From: an uncultured Planctomycetota bacterium
Lineage (GTDB): Bacteria > Planctomycetota > Planctomycetia > Isosphaerales > Isosphaeraceae
Direction of reading: 5' to 3'
Length of the DNA stretch: 64,000 bases
Assembly: GCA_963823665.1 (NCBI GenBank)
Contig: CAWGMQ010000007.1
Coordinates: 896,001-960,000 of the forward strand
This document shows positions 20,601-29,779 of the stretch, one piece after another (positions within the stretch are counted from its first letter, which is position 1; the number at the start of each line of letters is the position of its first letter). The notes below the pieces were generated by a model. The model was not told the origin of the DNA, made no database searches, and was given only the letters and a program-made list of their open reading frames with translations. Both the position numbers and the translations under genes were made by a program.

Positions 20601-23600
20601 GGCGTGACATCGTAGGCCGAGAGCACGTAGTTGCCGGTGCTCGTACTCTGGGCAGCGGGGGCCGCAACCTGGATCGTGTAGCTGCCGCTGGCCGGCAGCG
20701 TGAATCCCGCGATCGTCGCGAACGCACCCGAGCTGGCGCTCGAGGCCGTCGCCAGTGTGTTGCCTCCCGCGTTGCGCAGCGAGACCTGACCCCAGTTGAG
20801 ATACGGCGCGATCGCCGGGTTGATGCCGCCGGCACCGGGATTGAGCTGAACCGTGATCGATTCTCCGGCCGTCCCGTAGAACGTCCAGTTCTGGGTGGCG
20901 CCCGCGGGCGTCAACGTACCCGGCGTGGGCGTATCAAGCGCGATCGATCCTCCCGACGAGACCACCGTGACCGTCCCGCGAAGAATCGTGCCGCTGATCT
21001 GGTCGCCGCGAACGTAAAGGTGCAAGTTGTTCAGGTCGAGGGTCGCGCCTGCCGGCACGATTAGCTCGCTCGCATACACGGCCTCGGGTTTCCCCGTGGC
21101 CGTGTTCGCCGACTGGTCGACCAGCTCAACGGATGTATTGGCCGTCAGGCTGATCGTACCGTAAGCGAAATTCTTCACGAATCCGGCCTGAACGCCTCCC
21201 AGGTCGGCCGACATTGCCTCCAGAAGCTGCGGAGGATTTGCGGTTCCCGTGCCACTGTCGAATGAGGCGCTCCCCTGCCAGCTATAAGCGTCCGCGTTCG
21301 TGGTATTGCCCAGGAGGTTGCCGCTGATTGCGACAATGCTTCCCACCGCTGTTGTCAGAATGCCCGGGCTGTTGACCGTCAACCCGCCCTGGATGTTCAG
21401 CGTGCCCGTGCTCTGAACACCCAGGTTTCCCTGATCCAGCAGAGTTCCGACCGAAACGGTGCTTGTCCCGCCGGCGATCGACAGCCCGAGACTCGCGGCG
21501 ATCGGGAACGTGCCGCTCGCATCGCCGACGAGGTTGACCGAATTGATCGAGGCCAGGTCCGGATCCTCGAGAATGCCCCCGCCCGTCTCCTGGAGCGACG
21601 AAATGTACCGCTGGCCGGTATGACCCTGAAAGGTCGTCAAGGCAGGCGCGATCAACTGGCTTCCGGATCCGTCGCTCTCGAGCTGGACCGGCCCGCTGAT
21701 GATCTGGGTCAAAAGCGGCAGCGAGACCGCACCTCCGGCGAGGGCCTCGATCTGAACCCCCGAGCTGTAATTCGTCGTGTCCGACGTGAGCGTCGCGAGC
21801 TTTGGAAATAACAATGTGCTGCCGCTTCCCGAGGCCTCGAGAGTCGACAGGTAAGTCACGCCGCCCGCATAGCTCGCCAGCGACGGAAAGCTCAAGTTGG
21901 CGCCCCCGGTCGCTTCCAGGCTGGAGCCATCAGCATCAATAAGCCCCGTGTAGGTCTCGGTCCCCGCGCCCAGGCTCAACGTGCCTACCGTGAACGTCTC
22001 GATCTGATTGATCGACAGTGTGCCGGTGCCGTCGAGCGTCAGATTCGTTTTGTTGATCGTGACGAGCGCCGCGTCGCTGACCGTGCCGTGGTTGGTCGCC
22101 TGCAGGCCGGAGTAATACCGCTGGCCGGCGTTGCCTTGAATCGACGTGAGCACGTTGATGTCGAGTGTGCTACCCGATCCGTCGCTCTCCAGTTGCACGG
22201 GGCCACCGCTGATCGTTGTCAGCTCGGGCAGCTCGACGTCTCCGCCGGCGAGCGCCTGCACCTGAGTCAGCGAACTGTACGAGCCGGTGTCCTCGGTGAT
22301 CGTGGTCAGCTTGGGCATCGACAGCAAGCTGCCCGCGCCCGTGGCCTGCCAGGTCGCCGTGCTATTGACTGCACCGGCGTAATTCACAAGGGACGAAAGC
22401 GTCAGCTTGCTCGCGCCGCTCACAATGAAGCTGGAATTGTCGGCGTCGGTCAGGCCGCTCAGATTGGCGGTGCCACCGCTCAGGCTCACCGTGGCGACGT
22501 TGAACGTCGCGATCTGACCGACTGAGATCGTGCCCGTGCCGTCCAGCGTCAGGTTCGCTTTCTGGAGCGTGATGAGAGCCGCATCGGTGACGGCCCCCTG
22601 ATTGGTCGCCTGGAGGCCGGAGTAAAACTCCTGGCCGCTGTTACCCTGAAAGGTCGTCAGCACATTGATATTGAGCGTGCTGGCGGACCCGTCGCTCTCC
22701 AGTTCAACGGGGCCGCCGGTGATTGTCGCCAGCTTGGGCAGCTCGACATCGCCGCCGGAGACCGCCTGCACTTGCAAGAGCGAAATGTAAGCGCTCGTGT
22801 CTCCCGTCACCTTCGTGAGGGCGGGCAGCGAGAGCCGGCTTCCCGTTCCGGTTGACTGAAGCGTATCCGTGTAGTTCGCTCCGCCGCTGAAAGTCAAGAG
22901 CGCCGGCAGCGAGAGCTGAGATCCCGATGAGACCAGAACACTCGATCCGTCAATCTTGCCGAGCGCGGGGAGACTGAGCGTCGCCCCCTGGTCGACGATC
23001 GTTCCCGCGTCGAACGTCGCCACTTCCGGCACGAGCAGACTACCGCTGTTCGATGCCTGCAGCGTCGATGACGACTGCTGGCCGACGTTGCCGGTTACAC
23101 TTGTCAGTAAAGGAGCATTCAGCTTGCTGCCGCTCCCGTCGCTTTCCAGTTGTACGGGGCCGCCGGTGATTGTCGTCAGCGAGGGCAGCTCGACGTCGCC
23201 GCCGGAAACTGCCTGCACTTGCGTCAGCGAGTCGTAAGCGCTCGTGTCTTCCGTCACCTTCGTGAGGGCGGGCAGCGAGAGCCGGCTTCCCGTTCCGGTT
23301 GCCTGAAGAATATCCGTGTAGTTCACTCGGCCGCTGAAACTCAAGAGCGCCGGCAGCGCGAGCTGAGATCCCGATGAGACCAGAACACTCGATCCGTCAA
23401 TGTTGCCGAGCGCGGGAAGATTGAGCGTTGCCCCCTGGTCGACGATCGTTCCCGCGTCGAACGTCGCCACTTCCGGCACGAGCAGACTTCCGCTGTTAGA
23501 CGCCTGCAGCGTCGATGAATACTGCTGGCCGACATTGCCGGTTACAGTCGTCAGTAAAGGAGCATTCAGCTTGCTGCCGCTCCCGTCGCTCTCCAGTGCG

Positions 23601-24739
23601 ACCGGGCCGCCGCTGATCGTCGCGAGCTTGGCGAGCTCGACGTCGCCAGCCGAGAGCGCCTCGATCAGGGTGTGCGAGTCGTACGAGCCGGTGTCCTCGG
23701 TGATCGCGGCCAGGTTGGTGAACGACAGCAAGCTGTTCGTACCCGTGGCCTCCCACGTCGCGGTGGTGTTGATCGGTCCGGCGTAGCTGGAGAGCGCCGG
23801 AAGCGCGAACGACGCGCCGCTTGTGACCGCAAAACTGGACCCGTCGGCGGCGGTCAAGCCGCTCAAGGTGGTCGTGCCACCGCTGACGGTCACGGTACCG
23901 CCGGAGAGCGTCGCGATCTGGCCGAGCGAAATTGTGCCGGTGCCATCCAGGGTCAGGTTGGCTTGTTTGAGTGTGGCCAGAACGGCGTCGCTGACCGACC
24001 CGTGGTTGGTCGCCTGTACACTGGAGTAGTTGCCTTGGCCGGCGTTGCCCTGGAGGGTTGTCAATGCGTTGATGTTCAGGGTGCTACCGGTGCCGTCGCT
24101 TTCGAGTTGCACCGGCCCGCCGGTGATTGACGTGAGCAAAGGTAGCCCCACGCTGCCGCCGGCGAGCGCTTCGATCTGAATGCGCGAGACGTAGGCGGTC
24201 GTATCTTCTGTGATGGTCGCCAGCTTCGGCAGAGTGAGGACGCTGCCGGCCCCGGTCGCCTCGAGCGTGTCGGTCGAGTTGACCTCGCCACTGTAGCTCG
24301 TCAATGTCGACAGACTTAACGTGGCCCCGCCCTCAGCGAGCAAGCTGCCACCGGAGATGGTCGTCGTTCCCGCGACGGTGGCTGTGAAACTCGAGCCGTT
24401 CGCGACCAGCGCACCGCCCGTCATCGTGAGACCGCCGCTCAGAGTCGAAGCGGCGGCGAGCGTCAACGACCCACCGCTGATCGAGATCGGGTCGCTTGCG
24501 GTCAGCGAGTGGACGGATTGACTTCCCGTCGTGATCTGGATTGTCGGATTTCCGGCGACGTTGATTGTGACGTCGTCACCGGGCGTGGGCACCGCATTGT
24601 TAGACCAGTTGCCCGCGACCGCCCAGCTCTTGCCGTCGGTCGTGCCGGTCCAGCTCACATTGGAAAGGAGGGTTCGTGGCTCGAGCGAGTCGAGTACCAG
24701 TCTCCTGACGGTCGTGACGCGAGACGACTTGCTTCGCAT
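14670..24739 (-). CDS. Giant secreted RHS/YD-repeat protein (~3350 aa), one frameshift near 19960
   Basis: N-terminal LDSLEPRTLLS; Leu-rich solenoid repeats; PPC-like modules; LGYGW, YD repeats and core end RSYNPAIGQF...DPIGL; then an SIDPN domain and a poly-Pro linker. Adding one base near 19960 joins the two ORFs (AVAPAQAPAGTTATLVLTGSGF). Confidence 0.9.
22740..23597 (-). repeat. Near-identical 447-bp (149-aa) tandem duplication inside the RHS gene
   Basis: cttcgtgagg at 22811 and 23258; gcattcagcttgctgccg at 23115 and 23562; both offsets are 447. Confidence 0.9.
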
Positions 24740-24861
24740 GGCGTTGTGCTCCAGGTAAGACGACCCGCACGATTGGCCGGCTTACAGAGAGTGCACCAAC
24801 CCCTGCGATCCTTTCACGGCACGGCAGATGTCGCGAAAATTCAACGCGCACCATCGGCTGC

Positions 24862-25437
24862 TCAGCCGATCAAACCCTGGCCTTCTTGCCGCAAACGCCT
24901 GAGAACGCGAGACTTGGCGATCAGGACCGCGTTTACCGACAGGCCCAGGGTTTCGGCCACTTCGGAGGCCGGCCGCTCCTCGAAAACCAGGAGGCGGAAA
25001 CTATTCCAGGTGGATGGGGCGAATTCAGGCTGTATCAATTCCGTGAGGCGCCGGACGATGAATTCGTCGTGCTCGCGGTCGCAGAGCCGGCCAAGCTCGC
25101 TTTCGGGGTCTTCGAGCTGGGCGAGGCGGTCGTCAAGACCGTCGATGGGCCTCGATCGGCGCGCCCGCCAGTAGTCGCGGAGCCGGTTGGCGGTGATCGA
25201 GCGGACCCAGAGCCGGAAGGCCCCCGTTCGACCATTGTGATCGAAATTGCCCAGATCCCGGGCCAGCACGAGCAAAACCTCCTGCGCCAGGTCGTCGGCG
25301 TCGGCCTCCGGCGTGTCGTGCTGTTGCAACCAGCGGCGGATCAACGGGCCGTAAAGCATCGTGAGCCGTCGCCACGAAAGTTGATCGTGCGGCTGACGAC
25401 GCAGCCGATCGAGCAGGCTGAGCGGCGTCTCGTTCAA
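24862..25437 (-). CDS. ECF sigma-70 factor (planctomycete kinase-associated type)
   Basis: TPLSLLDRLR, DADDLAQEV, GAFRLWVRSI and VAETLGLSVNAVLIAKSRVLRRLR. Confidence 0.93.
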   Translation of the reverse strand: MNETPLSLLDRLRRQPHDQLSWRRLTMLYGPLIRRWLQQHDTPEADADDLAQEVLLVLARDLGNFDHNGRTGAFRLWVRSITANRLRDYWRARRSRPIDGLDDRLAQLEDPESELGRLCDREHDEFIVRRLTELIQPEFAPSTWNSFRLLVFEERPASEVAETLGLSVNAVLIAKSRVLRRLRQEGQGLIG

Positions 25438-25510
25438 GCTTCACACCGTGCGGAGGGCTCGGGATCACGTGCTGCGAATCTCCATCCAGCCTAGCGGCCG
25501 TGGCGCGACT

Positions 25511-25786
25511 TCACAATCTCGGCGGCCGTGACAGCGACGCTGACTCTGGCATCGACGGGTTCGGGCGGAACTGGGCGAGCGTCTGGATATCGGTCAGGAG
25601 CTGAACGAGTGTCGCGCGATCGGGTTTGACCGCGTCGACCCATGACTTGACGACCTGGGGACAGGAGATCACGGCCAGGCCTGCTTGCTTGGCGACACGA
25701 ATGGCCTTGCGGTCGTCGGTGGCGACCGGCCATCCGCGGGATTCGGCGAGAGCCAGGCACATCGCCTCGCCGTCGGATCGGAACAT
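25511..25786 (-). pseudogene. C-terminal fragment of a PIN-domain protein
   Basis: DGEAMCLALA..RGW.VATDDRKA; no recognisable PIN N-terminus upstream. Confidence 0.65.
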
Positions 25787-26086
25787 GACCTGGCGAAAGA
25801 ACGGAGTCGCCGCCTCCCCCGCTTCGTCTTCGAGAGGAGCTTGGAGCGAAGTTTCTCACGGAGCTGCTCGGACCGGGCAGTGAGGAGGAGGAAATTGTCG
25901 AGTCGCCGTGGAGCCAGTATTTCGTGGGGGGCTTGGGCAAATGGTGCCAACGAGACCATAGGCGTGCGGAGTGAACGGACCACCTGGATACGGGAATCGA
26001 GTGGGGCGTTCTTGCCGAGTTTTTAGCAACATCACTTTTTGCATGTGCTTGCCCCATTGAAGTGGGGGGATGCGACGCGCGTCTGG

Positions 26087-26690
26087 TGGCATTATGGCAT
26101 GCGGATCTGGACTTTCTGGGATTCGACGCGGCCGCTCTGGCTCTTTCCCCGATCAATCGAACCACTCAGCCGCCGGGTCGAATGGCGGCACGACGACGTT
26201 CGGGATGGTCATCCGGCCGATGGCCCGGTGCCGGACTCCCGGCGGAATCATCACGGCGAGACTCGAAGTCACGGGCACTCGTTGGCCGTCCAGCTCGATC
26301 GCTGCGCCTGCGGAGCACTCGAGAATGTAGTAGATCTCGGCGTGCTCGCGGTGATAGTGGGTGAGGGCGTCGACCTCGATCTGGACGCGGTGGACACTGG
26401 CCGGAGCATTGGGGACGTCTGCGAACTCGCGACGGGCTCAACCGCACGGGCAGCGAACCGGATCGATCGTTGAGTAATCGGCGACGACGGCTGCGGGTGG
26501 ATGTTCGGGTTTGACCAAGATCGTGCGGCGACTCACGGCTCACCTCTGACTCGATGTCGTGTCGACGATTCTGGTGCGGTAGGGTGGTGCGCTCCATGTC
26601 AAACAGCCGAGGCTAGCGACCGAGAGCGAGATTCCAGTATACCCGTTCGGGCCGGGGGACGGGCCCGCGGTGCGGCAGGGCTGACAACGC
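26087..26690 (-). repeat. Diverged direct copy of 6607-6664 joined to 7331-7868 (DUF1080 3' tip, cupin gene and upstream DNA)
   Basis: ttatggc..gcggatctggactt.. joins directly to tcaatcgaaccactca; homology ends at gcagggctgacaacgc in both copies. Confidence 0.92.
26153..26536 (-). pseudogene. Cupin paralog with a nonsense codon
   Basis: Same 384-nt length as 7331-7714; the W codon of CPCGW is TGA at 26438-26440. Confidence 0.88.
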
Positions 26691-26840
26691 ACTTCGCCGG
26701 TACGTACCGCGAGGGCGTCCCCGCGGCCGGCCGGAGTGGGCTATTAATGCCCAACCGCTCGAAAAGGTAAAAGTAGCTCTGAACGGAACCCCTACTCAGC
26801 AGGTCCATCATCACTTTCCTGCATAGGGGCGGGGAAGCTC

Positions 26841-27155
26841 GTGTTCGGCATCTTCGCTTCGCTCGCGGAATTCGAACGCGACCTGATTTCCGAGCGAACC
26901 AAAGCGGGGCTGGCATTGGCACGTGCCCGTGGACGAAAGGGTGGCGCCCCCTTCAAAATGACGGCGGCCAAAGTGCGCCTGGCGATGGCCGCCATGGGGC
27001 AAAAGGAAACGAAGGTGGCCGATCTGTGCAGCGAACTGGGTGTTACGCGGCAGACGCTCTATCGGCACATCGCGCCGAATGGCAGGCTACGCAAGGACGG
27101 TTCAAGGGTCGTCGAGGGTGGCAAGAATCGAAAGCCGCAAGGAAAGAAACCGTGA
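26841..27155 (+). pseudogene. Serine resolvase/invertase, C-terminal fragment
   Basis: FGIFASLAEFERDLISERTKAGL..ARARGRKGG and HTH ELGVTRQTLYRH; the catalytic N-terminus is absent. Confidence 0.85.
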
Positions 27156-27392
27156 CCGCTCCTTTGTGAAGGCCACGACTTTATCTTTCAGCGGAACGTG
27201 GTCCAATCAGGTAAAATTGTGAATGACCGCAATGCTTGCTCCGGACCAGTCGTTCGATTTCACTCCCGGCCACAAGCGGACCCCTGGTTATTGGTCACAC
27301 CGACAATGCGGCGCGCGGATCGTGTCCAATCTCATTTCTGCGGAACGTCGGCTCAAGCTATTCTGAAGAACCTGGGGTGGAGATTTTGTACC

Positions 27393-27923
27393 ATGGCAAA
27401 GCTCGTCTATGGAATGAACCAGTCCCTGGATGGCTACGTCGACCATCTGGAATTCAGGCCAAGCCCGGCGCTCTTTCGTCACTTCATAGAGCAAGTGCGC
27501 GACTTGACGGGCAGTGTGTACGGTCGCCGCATGTACGAGGTAATGCGTTATTGGGACGAAGACCGTCCGGAGTGGGATGCGGAGGAACACGACTTCGCGG
27601 CGGCGTGGCGGAACCAACCGAAGTGGGTCGTGTCGCGCTCGTTGAAGTCGGTCGGGCCCAACGCCACACTTGTCGAGGATGACATCGAGGCGGTGATACG
27701 TGGGCTGAAGGCTCAGCTCGTTGGGGAGATTGAAGTTGCCGGACCAGACTTGGCAGGAAGCCTAACCGACCTTGGTCTTATTGATGAGTATCGACTCTAC
27801 CTCCACCCCGTCGTGCTTGGTCGCGGCAAGCCATTCTTCGCCGGCCCCCGGCCGCCGCTCCGCCTTGTGACCAGCGATCTAATTGGCGAGGACGTGATCA
27901 GGTTGACGTACGTTCCCGCTTAA
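27393..27923 (+). CDS. Dihydrofolate reductase / RibD-C family protein
   Basis: MNQSLDGY, GRRMYE, KWVVSRSL and LIDEYRLYLHPVVLGRGKPFF. Confidence 0.9.
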   Translation: MAKLVYGMNQSLDGYVDHLEFRPSPALFRHFIEQVRDLTGSVYGRRMYEVMRYWDEDRPEWDAEEHDFAAAWRNQPKWVVSRSLKSVGPNATLVEDDIEAVIRGLKAQLVGEIEVAGPDLAGSLTDLGLIDEYRLYLHPVVLGRGKPFFAGPRPPLRLVTSDLIGEDVIRLTYVPA

Positions 27924-28511
27924 TCGCGCGACTCGCTCGACGGACTGCGCCGACGCGTCAGGTCCGCTTTGGGTCATCAACGTAGAAGCGCCTCGGTGGG
28001 GCGGCCGCGGAGGGTGGGGAACGATTCGAGTGAGGCGCGAGAAGAATAGACTTGTTGCCTAGATTGCCATGAACGGATCTGTCCCCGTTTCGCTCCTAAC
28101 AAATTCGGCATCCGGCACCATAACAACGAGGTTAGAGGGGCTCGGACTGAATGGACCAACTGGATGCGGGAAGTGCGCGGGACGTTTTTGCCGACTTTTT
28201 AGCTGCATCAGTTTCGATTCGGGGGTTGCGATCGCGTTGATCGTTGCGTCCGTTGCAACCGGAATAAAAATTCCAGGTTTTCTGGTCGGCGAAATGGCCA
28301 AATCGCGAAAGTTGGTACATATTATACATAGCTCAATCTCGATCGCCGACACCGGAGTCGGCGCGAGGGAGCAACCATCTTTCTGGAACTGGGAATGACT
28401 GTTTCGTTCGCTCGAGCGCGTGCTCGAGGGTCTCAGCGCGGCCTAATCACCACGCCTATGCAGTGGGAAAAACGGGGCGGGACTGCGCTTGCAAAGGGGG
28501 ATCGGTACGCG

Positions 28512-29257
28512 GCGAAATGCCGCGGAGAATTGAGCTGTGCTGAGCGTGGGAGGGGTTTGGGCCACGGGGAGCGTGAGTTTTCACCCGTTGGGCCGAGGGA
28601 TCGGGGCGCGGGACGGGTGGCGTTATCCTCTTAGGAATTCAGTATTTCCGTACGGCTTCAAGGCGTTCCGGCCGGCCATCGGACGGGGTTCGAGACAGCA
28701 AGCAGAATGAGACTTTTTCGGGGTCAAGAGTCCCATTTCGTCCCATTTTGTCCCATCCACTTTTACTTAGTTGGAGCGTGTGAAACATGTCTCGAGAGCC
28801 GGAGCGCGGAATGCAGGAGGGGAGATCATGCACCGGGGAGAAACTGCTCGGAACAGACTGGGGGCCGGAGGGGGCGAGCACGATGATCAACCGCGTTGTC
28901 GGGCCTGTGTGCGTGGCGGCAGGCCGCGGACGGACCATGGAGCACCGGAGCAAGGCGGAGATCTACGGGCAACCGAGGTGGTGGATGGATCGAGAATTCG
29001 GCAGATTTTCAGGTTCGACCTCGGCCTAGGAATCGCCTTCTCGACCGAACGGTTGCGTTCCCGTAATCCTTGTGGCGTAAGGGCGCACGACAAATATACA
29101 AAACGAAATCGTTGATGAGGGTGGAGGGTTGAAAGTGGGTGGGTCGGAACAGGAATAAGATTGGGATTACGATTAGGATTAAGACTAAAAGCTCCGGGTC
29201 GCCGTTCCCGTAAGCCTTGTGGCGTAAGGGTGCGCGACGAATGTACAAAACGAAATC
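28512..29257 (+). repeat. Non-coding dispersed element, copy A
   Basis: Colinear homology with the reverse complement of 58682-59133; includes 55-bp motifs at 29056-29110 and 29203-29257. Confidence 0.85.
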
Positions 29258-29287
29258 ACCGTTGTGTGTGGAGGGTGGGCCGAGAAT

Positions 29288-29476
29288 TCAAGCAGCCTCG
29301 CTCTCAAGCGCGTAGGTTCCCGGGAGCTCAAAGACGATCTCCTCGCGCTGGATGGGTACCTCGCCGGGGGCTTCAATTCCGATGCGGACCGAATTGCGGT
29401 CTATCTTGACGATCGTCACACGAACGTCGGGGCCCAGACGAAAACTCTGGCCGAGCTTCCTGCTCAGGACAAGCAT
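29288..29476 (-). CDS. csrA: Carbon storage regulator CsrA paralog
   Basis: MLVLSRKLGQS...VRIGIEAP..VPIQREEI; RBS GGAGGAG. Confidence 0.92.
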   Translation of the reverse strand: MLVLSRKLGQSFRLGPDVRVTIVKIDRNSVRIGIEAPGEVPIQREEIVFELPGTYALESEAA

Positions 29477-29779
29477 GACACGCTCCTCCGTGAACCTCAC
29501 CCGATCGAATGGACCGGGCCGGCATGCAACAGGGTTTGAAATCACAGTTTCTCGTGCGTCGGCATGCTATAGCAGCTTCCGTGCCAATGGCGATGTGCCG
29601 ATGGAGTGAGCCGCGGTCGCGGGGGCTGACCCGCTCTACACCGCCTGAACGGGACTGGTCGTGAAGATCGCAATGTGCCGATCTTGCCGGTTGACGTGTA
29701 AAATCGAACGCGGCTTTGAAAGAATTTCCTTGAGTTACGCGGCCGTCCGCTCTGATTCACGACGGATGCAGCCAAGACG

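Noticed and set aside
27393..27923. Trimethoprim-resistance dfr on a transposon
   Set aside because: The sequence is of the generic RibD-C type, and the adjacent resolvase is only a fragment.
29155..29188. gattag/gattac hexamer run (also ggaggac twice at ~33489)
   Set aside because: Short degenerate microsatellite-like tracts with no supportable function.
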